This document shows positions 29,693 to 39,943 of a stretch of 64,000 nt of DNA, in pieces. The stretch is from Candidatus Eiseniibacteriota bacterium. Its GTDB lineage: Bacteria; Eisenbacteria; RBG-16-71-46. The DNA is taken from NCBI GenBank assembly GCA_041483195.1, contig JBGPFC010000019.1, forward strand, positions 13,785-77,784, in the 5' to 3' direction. The translations under genes and the position numbers were made by a program. Below the pieces are notes generated by a model. It was not told where the DNA came from, did no database searches, and worked only from the letters and a program-made list of their open reading frames with translations. The first letter of the stretch is position 1. Each line of letters starts with the position of its first letter.

Positions 29693-30855
29693 AGACGCCG
29701 GAGCCCTACCGGGTGCTGTTCCCGCTGGGATTCGCGTACGCCCTGATCGGCGCGGGACTGTGGCCGCTGCACGCGCTCGGGTGGGTGCCCTATCCGGGCC
29801 CGCTCCATCGCGCGCTCATGATGCAGGGCTTCGAGACCAGCTTCGTGCTCGGCTTCCTGCTGACCGCGCTCCCCGGTTTCACGCACGGCGCGCGTTGCCA
29901 CCCGCTCGAGCTCGCGATCGCGGCGCTCGCCTCCACGGTGTTCGGCGCGGCGGCGCTCGCCGGGCAGGCGGTGGTGGCGCAGGCCGCGTTCGTGGCCGCG
30001 GCGCTGATGCTCGCGGTCGCGGCCGCGCGCCGGCTCGGCCCCGCGTCGCTCGCGCCGCCGCAGGAATTCATGTTCGTGCTGTTCGGCCTCGCGCTCGGGC
30101 TCGCGGGCGGGCTCATCCAGCTGGGCGAGGCCCTGGGGATCGCGCAAACCGTGACGCCCCGGCTCGGCGAGCGGCTGATCTCGCTCGGCATGGTGCTCTC
30201 GCTGGTGCTGGGGGTGGGCGGCCTGCTGGTGCCGGTGTTCGCGGGAATGCGCGATCCGCTCATGATTCCGGGGATCGCGAAGCCGCACGAGCGCGCGGGG
30301 CGGCGCCCGTTCTACTTCGCGCTGATGGCGGCGTTCGCGCTCGCCTTCGCGGCCGAATCATTCGGGCATCCGGGCTGGGGCGGCACGCTGCGCGCGGCGG
30401 CGGCGAGCGCCCTGCTGCTGCTGGTGTGGAAGATCACGTGCCGCCCGGGCCGGCGCGACGTCCCCGCCTGGTCGCTGTGGACGGCGGGCTGGATGGTGTT
30501 CGCGGGACTGTGGCTCGCGGTGCTGCTTCCGCTCCACGCGACCGCGGCGCTCCACCTCGCGTTCATCGGCGGCTTCGGATTGCTCACGTTCGGCATCGCC
30601 ACGCGCGTGGTGATCGCGCACGGGAAGCACCCGCTCGATGACGAACGCCGCACGCTGACGCCGTGGGTGGTGGGCGTGCTCGCGATCGCGCTCCTCGCGC
30701 GGCTCGCGGCCGAGCTCGTGCCCGCGCGTCCGCTCCACGCGCTCGGATTGAGCGGCGCGGCGTGGGTGGCCGCGTGGCTCCTGTGGGGCGCGCGCGCGAT
30801 GCCGCGGCTCGCGAAGACCGCGCCCGCCCGCACCACGCTTCCCCCGCGCGTCTGA
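29689..30855 (+). CDS. nnrS: NnrS-family membrane protein
   Basis: EPYRVLFPLG, H..LM..GF...GFLLTALP, LHLAFIGG, TRV...HG. Confidence 0.85.
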   Translation: MKTPEPYRVLFPLGFAYALIGAGLWPLHALGWVPYPGPLHRALMMQGFETSFVLGFLLTALPGFTHGARCHPLELAIAALASTVFGAAALAGQAVVAQAAFVAAALMLAVAAARRLGPASLAPPQEFMFVLFGLALGLAGGLIQLGEALGIAQTVTPRLGERLISLGMVLSLVLGVGGLLVPVFAGMRDPLMIPGIAKPHERAGRRPFYFALMAAFALAFAAESFGHPGWGGTLRAAAASALLLLVWKITCRPGRRDVPAWSLWTAGWMVFAGLWLAVLLPLHATAALHLAFIGGFGLLTFGIATRVVIAHGKHPLDDERRTLTPWVVGVLAIALLARLAAELVPARPLHALGLSGAAWVAAWLLWGARAMPRLAKTAPARTTLPPRV

Positions 30856-30885
30856 CAGAACGGCAGCGGCCCTGTCAGTCTGTCG
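30853..30885. promoter_or_regulatory. Putative enhancer pair upstream of the usp-cco operon
   Basis: TGACA-GAA-CGGCA and TGTCA-GTC-TGTCG, 20 bp apart. Confidence 0.5.
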
Positions 30886-30982
30886 GGGCGGCATCGCCAA
30901 ACCTCCGCGCCGCGAGTGCCGCGATCGCCGAGAACGCCGCGCGCGCCCTGAACTTCCCGCGCGATTTCCTCCCGCCCCGCGC

Positions 30983-30998
30983 TGGCGCGCCGATTGCG
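30983..30998 (+). promoter_or_regulatory. Putative sigma-54 promoter of the usp-cco operon
   Basis: TGGCGCGCCGATTGCG, near consensus. Confidence 0.7.
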
Positions 30999-31039
30999 TT
31001 GCATCGCTCAACCGGCCGCGAGCGAGCGAGGAGGTTGCC

Positions 31040-31504
31040 ATGCTGATCGTGCTGGGAGTCGACGAGTCGCCTCATTCGGAGGCGGCGGTGGAGTGGGTGA
31101 AGAACATGACGTGGCCGAAGGGCACGCGGGTTCGCGTCGTGTCGTCGGTGCGCCCGCTGATCGCGGCGTACAGCGAGGTGTACGTGCCCGGTCCCGGGAT
31201 CTCCGAGGAGCAGACGCGCCAGGAGCTCGAGTACCACGAGGGCCTGGCGGCGCGGGTCGAGGACCGGCTGCGCAAGGCCGGCTTCACGACCGAGGCGAGC
31301 GTGATCGCGGGCGATCCGCGTGAGGTGCTGATCGCGACCGCGAGGGAGGCGAAGGCGGATCTGATCGTGGTCGGATCGCACGGGCGTTCCGGCCTCAAGA
31401 AGCTGCTGCTCGGCAGCGTCGCGTCCCACGTGGTCACGCACGCGCCGTGCAGCGTGATGGTGGTGAAGCTGCCGGCGGACGCCGCGAGCGGACGCGCGGC
31501 GTAG
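31040..31504 (+). CDS. Universal stress protein (UspA family)
   Basis: IVLGVDES; ADLIVVGSHGRSG..KLLLGSVASHVV.HAPCSVMVV. Confidence 0.95.
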   Translation: MLIVLGVDESPHSEAAVEWVKNMTWPKGTRVRVVSSVRPLIAAYSEVYVPGPGISEEQTRQELEYHEGLAARVEDRLRKAGFTTEASVIAGDPREVLIATAREAKADLIVVGSHGRSGLKKLLLGSVASHVVTHAPCSVMVVKLPADAASGRAA

Positions 31505-31538
31505 ACACGCGCGCGAATCCCATGGCCCCGGAGAGGCG

Positions 31539-33740
31539 ATGAACGAGCGACTCGACTCCTTCAGCTACGACGACGCCATCGTTCGGAAATTCCTGTTCGC
31601 GACGTTTCTCTGGGGCCTGGTCGGCATGCTGGTGGGCCTGTTCATCGCCCTCCAGCTCGCGAACCCGGTGTTCAACCTGGGCATCCCGTGGCTGGCCTTC
31701 GGGCGGCTGCGGCCGCTGCACACCAACGCGGTGATCTTCGCGTTCGCCGGGAACGCGTTCTTCACGGGGGCCTACTACTCGACCCAGCGACTGCTCAAGG
31801 CGCGCATGTTCTCGGACCTCCTGAGCCGGCTCCACTTCTGGGGCTGGCAGCTCATCATCGTGCTCGCCGCGATCACGCTCCCGCTCGGGCTCACCCAGGC
31901 CAAGGAGTACGCGGAGCTGGAGTGGCCGATCGACATCCTGATCGCGGTGGTGTGGGTGATCTTCGCCGTCAACTTCTTCGCCACCATGGCGCGGCGCCGC
32001 GAGCGCCACCTGTACGTGGCGATCTGGTTCTACATCGCATCGATCGTCACCGTCGCGATCCTGCACATCTTCAACAACCTGTCGCTCCCGGTCGGGCCGT
32101 TCAAGAGCTACTCGATCTACGCCGGGGTGCAGGACGCGTTCATGCAGTGGTGGTACGGGCACAACGCGGTGGCGTTCTTCCTCACCACGCCTTTCCTCGG
32201 GCTCATGTACTACTTCATGCCCAAGGCGGCGGAGCGTCCGGTCTATTCCTACCGGCTCTCGATCCTGCACTTCTGGACGCTGGTCTTCATGTACATCTGG
32301 GCCGGCCCCCACCACCTCCACTACACCGCGCTGCCGGAGTGGGCATCGACGCTCGGCATGATCTTCTCGGTGATGCTGTGGATGCCGTCGTGGGGCGGGA
32401 TGATCAACGGCCTGCTCACGCTGCGCGGCGCCTGGCACAAGGTGGTCGACGACCCGGTGCTCAAGTTCTTCGTGGTCGCGATCACCGCCTACGGCATGGC
32501 GACCTTCGAGGGCCCGATGCTCTCGGTGAAGAGCGTGAACGCGCTCGCCCACTACACCGACTGGATCATCGCGCACGTCCACACCGGCGCGCTCGGCTGG
32601 AACGGGTTCATGGCGTTCGGCATGATCTACTGGCTGCTGCCGCGCCTGTTCCAGACCCCGCTCCACAGCCGGAAGCTCGCCGAGGCGCACTTCTGGCTCG
32701 CGACCTTCGGGCTCATCCTCTACGTGACCGCGATCTACAGCGCAGGGCTCACCCAGGGCCTGATGTGGCGGGCTTTCGACGAGACCGGCCGCCTCCAGTT
32801 CCCGGACTTCATCGAGACCACGATGAAGCTCATCCCCATGTACTGGGCGCGCGCGCTGGGCGGAACGCTCTACATCGCCGGCATGCTGCTGTTCGGCTAC
32901 AACATCCTGCGCACCTGGCAGGCGCGCCCCAAGACTTACGCCGTGCCGGTGGTGCAGGCGCCGCCGCTTTCGCGCGAGGCGCCGCCCGCGCACGGCGCGC
33001 CCCAGCCGGCGGGCGCGTGGGCGCGCTTCATCGCGGCGGGATGGCATCGCCGCTGGGAGGGGCTCCCGCTCACGTTCACCGTGATGACGGCGGTCGCCGT
33101 GATCGTGGCGTCGCTGTTCGAGATCCTGCCCACGTTCCTGATCCGCTCCAACGTGCCGACCATCGCCTCGGTCAAGCCCTACACGCCGCTCGAGCTGGCG
33201 GGGCGCGATCTCTACGTGCGCGAGGGCTGCTTCAACTGCCACTCGCAGATGATCCGTCCGCTGCGTCACGAGACCGAGCGCTACGGCGAGTACTCGAAGC
33301 CCGGCGAGTTCGTGTACGACCACCCGTTCCTGTGGGGCTCGCGCCGCATCGGGCCCGACCTCGCGCGCGAGGGCGGCAAGTACAACGACCTCTGGCACGT
33401 GCGCCACCTCGAGGACCCGCGCTCGATCACGCCCAAGTCCATCATGCCCACCTACCGCCAGCTCACGACCTCGCGGCTCGACTTCGCGGCGATCCAGAAG
33501 CACGTCGACGGCATGGCGATGCTGGGCGTGCCGTACGGCGAGGCCGTGCATCACGCGCCCGAGATGGCCCGCGCGCAGGCGCGCGAGGTCGCCGCGCGCA
33601 TCGCGGAGCAGGGCGGACCCGCGGGCCTCGACGACCGGGAGATCGTGGCGCTGGTCGCCTACCTGCAACGGCTCGGCACCGACATCCGCGGAACACCGGT
33701 GGCGGCCGCGGCGGCCGACAGCACGAAGGGGGCGCAGTGA
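31539..33740 (+). CDS. ccoNO: cbb3-type cytochrome c oxidase, fused subunits I/II
   Basis: RLRPLHTN, QWWYGHNAV, GPHHLH, AHVH; CcoO part EGCFNCHSQMIRP, WGSRRIGPDL. Confidence 0.97.
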   Translation: MNERLDSFSYDDAIVRKFLFATFLWGLVGMLVGLFIALQLANPVFNLGIPWLAFGRLRPLHTNAVIFAFAGNAFFTGAYYSTQRLLKARMFSDLLSRLHFWGWQLIIVLAAITLPLGLTQAKEYAELEWPIDILIAVVWVIFAVNFFATMARRRERHLYVAIWFYIASIVTVAILHIFNNLSLPVGPFKSYSIYAGVQDAFMQWWYGHNAVAFFLTTPFLGLMYYFMPKAAERPVYSYRLSILHFWTLVFMYIWAGPHHLHYTALPEWASTLGMIFSVMLWMPSWGGMINGLLTLRGAWHKVVDDPVLKFFVVAITAYGMATFEGPMLSVKSVNALAHYTDWIIAHVHTGALGWNGFMAFGMIYWLLPRLFQTPLHSRKLAEAHFWLATFGLILYVTAIYSAGLTQGLMWRAFDETGRLQFPDFIETTMKLIPMYWARALGGTLYIAGMLLFGYNILRTWQARPKTYAVPVVQAPPLSREAPPAHGAPQPAGAWARFIAAGWHRRWEGLPLTFTVMTAVAVIVASLFEILPTFLIRSNVPTIASVKPYTPLELAGRDLYVREGCFNCHSQMIRPLRHETERYGEYSKPGEFVYDHPFLWGSRRIGPDLAREGGKYNDLWHVRHLEDPRSITPKSIMPTYRQLTTSRLDFAAIQKHVDGMAMLGVPYGEAVHHAPEMARAQAREVAARIAEQGGPAGLDDREIVALVAYLQRLGTDIRGTPVAAAAADSTKGAQ

Positions 33741-33741
33741 G

Positions 33742-33939
33742 ATGAAGCTCTCGGACGTGATGAGCCACTCCGGGCTCGCGATCTACGCCGAGATCGCGCT
33801 GATCCTGTTCCTGCTCGCGTTCGCCGTGGTGGTCGCGCGCCTGCTGGTGCGGCCCGACCGCCGCGAGCTGGATCGCATGAGCCGCCTGCCGCTCGACGAT
33901 CCATCCGACACCCCACAGCCTCCGGGAGCCAGGCCATGA
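33742..33939 (+). CDS. ccoQ: cbb3 oxidase small subunit
   Basis: Single TM; MSRLPLDD tail; position between ccoNO and ccoP. Confidence 0.85.
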   Translation: MKLSDVMSHSGLAIYAEIALILFLLAFAVVVARLLVRPDRRELDRMSRLPLDDPSDTPQPPGARP

Positions 33940-34553
33940 CCTCGGGCGCACCGCGCGACGAGAAGCAGGTTCCGCAACCGGAGCGCCTGCTCGACCACAA
34001 CTACGACGGCATCCAGGAGTACGACAATCCGCTGCCCCGCTGGTGGACGCTGATCCTGTGGGCGACCGTGATCTACGCTGCGCTCTACTGGTTCAACGTG
34101 CCGGGGTTCGGCATCGGCAAGGGGCGGATCGTAAACTACGAGCGCGACATGGCCGCGGCTCGCGCGCACGCCGCGGAGATCGCCGCGAAATCGCCGCCGC
34201 CGTCCTCCGGGATCACCGCGGCCTCGCTGCTCGCGATGGCGCACGATCCGTCGCGGCTCGGCTCCGCGAAGGCCCGCTTCATCGCCACCTGCGCCCCCTG
34301 CCATCGCCCGGATGGCGGCGGCAACATCGGGCCCAATCTCACAGACGATTACTGGATCCACGGCGGAACCCCGCTCGAGATCATGAAGACCGTGAGCGAC
34401 GGCGTGCCGGACAAGGGCATGCCCACCTGGAGCCTGACGCTCAAGCCCGAGGAGATCGCGGAGCTCGCGGCCTACGTCATCACGCTGCACGACACCCATC
34501 CGCCGAGCCCCAAGGAGCCGCAGGGCGTGAAGGTGGAATCCGAGCACGAGTAG
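33936..34553 (+). CDS. ccoP: cbb3 oxidase subunit III, short monoheme type
   Basis: DHNYDGIQEYDNPLPRWW; one CAPCH; GPNLTDDYWIHGG; GMPTW. Confidence 0.93.
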   Translation: MTSGAPRDEKQVPQPERLLDHNYDGIQEYDNPLPRWWTLILWATVIYAALYWFNVPGFGIGKGRIVNYERDMAAARAHAAEIAAKSPPPSSGITAASLLAMAHDPSRLGSAKARFIATCAPCHRPDGGGNIGPNLTDDYWIHGGTPLEIMKTVSDGVPDKGMPTWSLTLKPEEIAELAAYVITLHDTHPPSPKEPQGVKVESEHE

Positions 34554-34604
34554 GTCCCGCCTCCGCGCACGACGCGCGACGAGGACCACCGACGGGAGCG
34601 ACCG

Positions 34605-36011
34605 ATGTCCGCGCAGCTTCAGCTCGTGACCGCGCCCGGCCGCGTGCTGTCCACGCTCAACGCCGACGGCTCGCGGCGCTCGATCCGGCCCAAGCCCTCC
34701 GGCGGCCGCTTCGAGCGCGCGCGCCGCGCGGTGGCCTACGCGCTGATGCTGGTGTTCTTCATCATCCCCTACCTGCGCATGGGCGGCCGGCCGCTGATCC
34801 TGCTCGATCTTCCCGCGCGGCGCTTCACGCTGTTCGGCACCACGTTCCTCCCCACCGAGACGCTGCTCTTCTTCCTCCTGTTCCTGAGCGCCGTGATCGT
34901 GATCCTGCTGGTCACCGCGCTGTGGGGCCGGGTGTGGTGCGGCTGGGCCTGCCCGCAGACCGTGTACCTGGAATTCCTGTTCCGCCCGGTCGAGCGCTGG
35001 ATCGAGGGCGGCTGGCGCGCCTCGCAGCGCCTCGACCGCACGCGCGGCATTCACCCGCGCCGGCTCGCGAAGCACGCGATCTACCTGGGGTTCGCGTTGT
35101 TCCTCGCGCACACGTTTCTCGCGTACTTCGTGGGCGTCGAGGAGCTGGCGCGCTGGGTGCGGCGCTCGCCGGTCGAGCACCCCACCTCGTTCCTCATCAT
35201 GCTCGGCACCACCGCGCTCATCCTGTTCGACTTCGGCTGGTTCCGCGAGCAGACCTGCCTGGTCGCGTGCCCATACGGCCGCCTGCAATCGGTGCTGCTC
35301 GACCGCCGCTCGCTGATCGTCGGCTACGACTCGCGCCGCGGCGAGCCGCGCGCGCGGGGCGTTCGCGAGCGCCCGGCCGGCGCCGGCGACTGCATCGACT
35401 GCCGCGTATGCGTGCTCACCTGCCCGACCGGGATCGACATTCGCGAGGGGTTGCAGATGGAGTGCGTCCACTGCACGCAGTGCATGGACGCTTGCGATTT
35501 CGTAATGCACCGCATCGGCAAGCCGCTCGGCCTGATCCGCTACGGCTCGCGCGACGAGCTCGAAGGCAAGCCCACGCGCTCGATCCGCTACCGCGTCGCG
35601 CTCTACCCCGCCGCGCTCGCGCTGTGCGTCGGCCTGCTGGTGTGGGGGCTCGCGACGCGCTCCAGCGCGGAGGTCACGATGCTGCGGGGGCTCGGCGCGC
35701 CCTACACGTTCGAGACCGATGGCAGCGTGGTGAACCAGGTGCGGATCAAGGTGATGAATCGCGGGCACGCGGATCGCGCGTTTCACATCGCGCTCGGTGA
35801 AGCGCCCGAGGCGAGGCTGATCGCGCCCATCAATCCGTTCCCGGTCGCGGCGGGGACGATGCAGACCACCACAGTGTTCGTGGTGGAGCCGCGCTCTGCG
35901 TTTCACGGCGGCGAGCGGGCGGTGCGCTTCACGATCTCGGACGGCGCGCGCTGGTCGGAGACGTTTCCGCACCGCCTGCTCGGCCCCGAAGGCGACGGAG
36001 GCATTCGATGA
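34605..36011 (+). CDS. ccoG: Cytochrome c oxidase accessory 4Fe-4S protein
   Basis: GRVWCGWACPQTV, CPYGRLQ, CIDCRVCVLTCPTGIDIR, ECVHCTQCMDAC. Confidence 0.96.
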   Translation: MSAQLQLVTAPGRVLSTLNADGSRRSIRPKPSGGRFERARRAVAYALMLVFFIIPYLRMGGRPLILLDLPARRFTLFGTTFLPTETLLFFLLFLSAVIVILLVTALWGRVWCGWACPQTVYLEFLFRPVERWIEGGWRASQRLDRTRGIHPRRLAKHAIYLGFALFLAHTFLAYFVGVEELARWVRRSPVEHPTSFLIMLGTTALILFDFGWFREQTCLVACPYGRLQSVLLDRRSLIVGYDSRRGEPRARGVRERPAGAGDCIDCRVCVLTCPTGIDIREGLQMECVHCTQCMDACDFVMHRIGKPLGLIRYGSRDELEGKPTRSIRYRVALYPAALALCVGLLVWGLATRSSAEVTMLRGLGAPYTFETDGSVVNQVRIKVMNRGHADRAFHIALGEAPEARLIAPINPFPVAAGTMQTTTVFVVEPRSAFHGGERAVRFTISDGARWSETFPHRLLGPEGDGGIR

Positions 36012-36490
36012 ACGCCGCGAAGCTCTGGCCGATCGCGATCGTCGGCGTGCTGGCCGTGACCGTCGCCGCCAACGCGGTGCTGCTCTACGAGGCGAACGAT
36101 CGCGAGGCCGCGACCGTCGAGCCCGACTACTACCGCAAGGCGGTGGCGTGGGACTCGACGCTCGCGCAGCGCGCGCGTGACGCGGCGCTCGGCTGGCGAA
36201 TCGACGCGCGGCTCGGCGCGATCGCGCGCGACGGCGCGCCGCTGATCGTGCGCCTCACCGACGCGCGCGGGCTGCCGGTCGCCGGTGCCGCCATCGAGGT
36301 GGTGGCCATACACAACATCGAGGCCTCGCGCCCGGCGCGCGCGGCCATGCGCCCCGCGCCAGACGGCGCGTACGAGGCGCGTCTGCCGCTCTCGCACGCA
36401 GGGCTGTGGGAGCTGCGCTTCACCGTCACGCGCGGGGCGGAGCGCTTCACGGCATCGCTGCGCCGCGACACGGGAGCGATCGCGCCGTGA
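36008..36490 (+). CDS. ccoH: FixH/CcoH-family protein
   Basis: WP..IV TM, VEPDYYRKAVAWD, GLWELR. Confidence 0.85.
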   Translation: MNAAKLWPIAIVGVLAVTVAANAVLLYEANDREAATVEPDYYRKAVAWDSTLAQRARDAALGWRIDARLGAIARDGAPLIVRLTDARGLPVAGAAIEVVAIHNIEASRPARAAMRPAPDGAYEARLPLSHAGLWELRFTVTRGAERFTASLRRDTGAIAP

Positions 36491-37203
36491 TCGCGCTGCT
36501 CGGATCGGTGCTCGCGGCGAGCCTGCTCGGGAGCCCGCATTGCGCCGCGATGTGCGGCGGGTTCGTGTGCTTCTACGCCGGCCAGCCCGGCGCGCGGCGG
36601 GAGGCGCTCGCGCACGCCGCGTACAACGGCGGGCGGCTGCTGTCGTACCTCGCGCTCGGAACCATCGCCGGCGCGCTGGGCGCGGGCCTCGATCGTCTCG
36701 GCGGGGCTGCGGGGTTCACGCGGGCCGCCGCGGTGATCGCGGGCGCGATGATGGTCGCATGGGGCGGCGCGAGCCTGCTGCGCGCGCTCGGCGCGCGGGT
36801 GCCGGAGCTGGTCGCGCCCGCCTTCGCGCGCGCGCGCCTCACCGCGGCGCTGCGCGCGGTGCACGCGCAGCCGCCCGCGGTGCGCGCGCTCACCGTCGGC
36901 CTGCTCACCACGCTGCTGCCGTGCGGATTCCTGTACGCGTTCGTCGCGGTCGCCGCCGCCACCGGTTCCCCGTGGCGGGGCGCGCTCGCGATGGCGGCGT
37001 TCTGGGCCGGCACGCTGCCGGTGATGGCGAGCCTCGGCCTGATCGCGCGCCGCGCGTTCGGACCGCTCGAACGCCGTCTGCCCGCGATCACGGCGTCGGT
37101 GTTGCTGCTGCTCGGCCTGCTCACCCTCGCGGGAAAGATGACGCCCCGCGCGGCGCACGATCATATGCACGGCATGCACGGGATGACCCATGGCGATCGC
37201 TGA
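36487..37203 (+). CDS. DsbD_2 / TauE-SafE-like membrane protein of cco clusters
   Basis: GSPHCAAMCGG, YNGGRLLSY, LLPCGFLY, FWAGTLP. Confidence 0.9.
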   Translation: MIALLGSVLAASLLGSPHCAAMCGGFVCFYAGQPGARREALAHAAYNGGRLLSYLALGTIAGALGAGLDRLGGAAGFTRAAAVIAGAMMVAWGGASLLRALGARVPELVAPAFARARLTAALRAVHAQPPAVRALTVGLLTTLLPCGFLYAFVAVAAATGSPWRGALAMAAFWAGTLPVMASLGLIARRAFGPLERRLPAITASVLLLLGLLTLAGKMTPRAAHDHMHGMHGMTHGDR

Positions 37204-39691
37204 GCTCGCGCGCCCCGAGCCGGATGACGCGCCCGCCGCGGCTGCCGCGCCGCCCTCCGCGCCACGCCTCGGCACCGACACCCCGTGCGCGCACTGCGGG
37301 CTCGCGGTGCCGCGCGGGTCGATCGACGCGTGCGCCGCCGACCAGTTCTGCTGCGGCGGCTGCCGCGCGGCGTGGTCGGTGATTCACGACGGCGGGCTGG
37401 CTCGCTACTACGGGCTCGCCGAGCGCCGCGCCGCGCCGGTCCGGCCCAGCGGCCGCAGCTTCGAGGAGTTCGATCACCCGGCGTTCCACGCGCTCTACGT
37501 GACGCCGCGCGCGGGCGGAGCCTGCGAGACCGAGCTCTACCTGGAGGGCGTGCGCTGCGCGTCGTGCGTGTGGCTGGTGGAGCGCGTGCCGCGACTGATG
37601 CCGGGCCTCGCGGCTGCGGAGCTCGACGTGCAGCGCGCGCGGGTCAGGCTCTCGTGGGACGGGACGCGCGTGACGCTCGGCCGCATCGCCCGCGCGCTCG
37701 ACACGCTCGGCTACCGCCCGCACCCGTTCCGCGGCATGAAGGCCGAGGCCGCGCGCCGCGCGGAGGACCGCGCGATGCTCGCGCGCATCGGCGTGGCGGG
37801 GGCGATCGCCATCAACGTCATGCTCGCGGCGCTCGCGCTCTACAGCGGACGCTGGAGCGGCATGGAGCGCGAATACGAACACTTCTTCCGCTGGGTGAGC
37901 CTGCTGCTCGCCACGCCGGCTTTGATATTTCCGGGCCGCGTGTTCTTCCGCGGGGCGTGGGCGGCGTTGCGCACGCGCGCGCTCCACATGGACCTCCCGA
38001 TCGCGATCGCGCTCGGCGCGGGCTGGCTGCGCGGCGCCATCAACACCGTGACCGGCAGCGGGCCCATCTACTTCGACGGCGTGGTCATGCTGATCTTCCT
38101 GCTGCTGGTGGGGCGCCACCTCCAGCAGCGTGCGCAGCGCGCGGCCGCCGACTCGGCAGAGCTGCTGCTCGCGCTCTCGCCCGCCACCGCTCGCGTGATC
38201 GAGGACGGCCTCGTGCGCGAGGTGCCGGCCGAGGCGCTGCTCCCCGGCATGACGATCGAGGTGCGCCCCGGCGAAACGCTCGCGGCGGATGGAGTCGTGA
38301 TCGAGGGCGTCTCCGACCTCGACGTGTCGCTGCTGTCGGGCGAGTCGCGCCCCGTGGTCGCGGCGCCCGGCACGCGCGTGTTCGCCGGCACGCTCAACCG
38401 TCGGGCGCTGTTGCGGGTCCGCGTCGAGGAGGCCGGCGAGACCACGCGCCTCGGGCGCATCGTGCGCGACATCGAGGCGGGCGCGCGCCGCCGGGCTAAG
38501 GTGGTGGGACTCGCGGACCGCATGGCCGGCGTGTTCGTGGCGGCGGTGCTCGCGCTCGCGGCGCTGACGTTCGCCGTGTGGCTGCGGCTCGACCCGTCGC
38601 GCGCGCTCGACCACGCGATCGCGCTGCTGATCGTGACCTGCCCGTGCGCGCTCGCGCTCGCGACCCCGCTCGCCGTGACCGTCGCGATCGGACGCGCCGC
38701 GCGCGCGGGGATACTCATTCGCGGCGGAGAGGCGCTCGAGCGCCTCGCGCGCCCCGGACGCGTGGTGCTCGACAAGACCGGCACGGTCACCGAGGGCCGC
38801 AGCCGGCTGGTCGCGTGGGACGGGCCCGAGGCCGCGAAGCCGCTGGTGCTCGCGCTCGAGCGCGACGCGACCCACCCGGTGGCGGGCGCGTTCTTCGAGG
38901 CGTGGCCTCACGTGGCGCCCGCGATCGCGCGCGACGTGACGCACGCGGCGGGCGGCATCGAGGGCGAGGCCGATGGCCATCGCGTGATCGTGGGCGCGCC
39001 GACTTTCGTGAGCGCGCGGGCGGATGTTCTCGGAGCGACCGCTCCAGCACACCACGCCGCGCCCATCGCCGGCAACGATGACGCAGCGCTCACGCCCGTA
39101 CTCGTCGCGGTGGACGGCGCGGTCATCGCTCGCGCAGCGTTCGGCGACGCGATCCGGCCCGAGGCGGCCGCCGCGCTCGCCACGCTGCGCGCGCGCGGGT
39201 TCAATCTCTCGCTGCTCTCGGGCGACGATCCCGCGGTGGTGGAATCCGTGGGGCGGCGTCTCGGATTCGCGACGTTCGAGTGCCGCGGCGGGGCTTCGCC
39301 CGAGGACAAGCTCCGCACGATCGAGGCCATCAGCCAGGTCGAGCCGGTCGTGATGGTGGGCGACGGCGTCAACGACGCGGCCGCCATCGCGCGCGCCGAC
39401 GTGGGGATCGGCGTGCGGGGCGGCGCGGAGGCGTGCCTCGCGGCGGCCGACGTGTTCCTCGCGCGCCAGGGGCTCGATCCGCTGGTCGCGCTGTTCGCCG
39501 GCGCGCGGCGCACGCTCGCCGTGATCCGCCGCAACATCGCGTTCTCGATCCTCTACAACGTGGCGGGCGCGAGCCTCGCGATCACAGGCCACATGCATCC
39601 CCTGCTCGCCGCGGTGCTGATGCCGGCCAGCTCGCTCACCGTGGTGCTCGCCTCGTGGCGCAGCCGCACCTTCGAGGAGGGCGCGCGATGA
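37190..39691 (+). CDS. ccoI: Copper-translocating P1B-type ATPase
   Basis: CAHCG, FCCGGC, CASC, SGES, TCPCAL, DKTGT, GDGVND. Confidence 0.95.
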   Translation: MAIAELARPEPDDAPAAAAAPPSAPRLGTDTPCAHCGLAVPRGSIDACAADQFCCGGCRAAWSVIHDGGLARYYGLAERRAAPVRPSGRSFEEFDHPAFHALYVTPRAGGACETELYLEGVRCASCVWLVERVPRLMPGLAAAELDVQRARVRLSWDGTRVTLGRIARALDTLGYRPHPFRGMKAEAARRAEDRAMLARIGVAGAIAINVMLAALALYSGRWSGMEREYEHFFRWVSLLLATPALIFPGRVFFRGAWAALRTRALHMDLPIAIALGAGWLRGAINTVTGSGPIYFDGVVMLIFLLLVGRHLQQRAQRAAADSAELLLALSPATARVIEDGLVREVPAEALLPGMTIEVRPGETLAADGVVIEGVSDLDVSLLSGESRPVVAAPGTRVFAGTLNRRALLRVRVEEAGETTRLGRIVRDIEAGARRRAKVVGLADRMAGVFVAAVLALAALTFAVWLRLDPSRALDHAIALLIVTCPCALALATPLAVTVAIGRAARAGILIRGGEALERLARPGRVVLDKTGTVTEGRSRLVAWDGPEAAKPLVLALERDATHPVAGAFFEAWPHVAPAIARDVTHAAGGIEGEADGHRVIVGAPTFVSARADVLGATAPAHHAAPIAGNDDAALTPVLVAVDGAVIARAAFGDAIRPEAAAALATLRARGFNLSLLSGDDPAVVESVGRRLGFATFECRGGASPEDKLRTIEAISQVEPVVMVGDGVNDAAAIARADVGIGVRGGAEACLAAADVFLARQGLDPLVALFAGARRTLAVIRRNIAFSILYNVAGASLAITGHMHPLLAAVLMPASSLTVVLASWRSRTFEEGAR

Positions 39692-39855
39692 GCGTGATCT
39701 TCATCGTGCTGCCGCTCGCGATCCTGGTGGTGCTCGCAGCGGTGATCGCCTACGTGTGGGCCGCACGGCACGGCCAGTTCGACGACGTCACGACCCCGGC
39801 GCTGCGCATGCTGCACGATGACGAGGAGGCGGGCGAGGAAAGTCGGAAGGAGTGA
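39688..39855 (+). CDS. ccoS: cbb3 assembly protein
   Basis: ATGA overlap; WAARHGQFDD..TPALRML.DD. Confidence 0.92.
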   Translation: MSVIFIVLPLAILVVLAAVIAYVWAARHGQFDDVTTPALRMLHDDEEAGEESRKE

Positions 39856-39943
39856 GGCGTCCACGGAGCCGGGGCGAATCCAGTCCCGGGGACACGGAGG
39901 CATGCTACCGTCGCCGGCAGACCGGCGCCGGTCGGAGGTCGCG

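Noticed and set aside
31539..34553. ccoN-ccoO fusion and monoheme ccoP as a novelty
   Set aside because: Known arrangement in Bacteroidota, myxobacteria and other lineages
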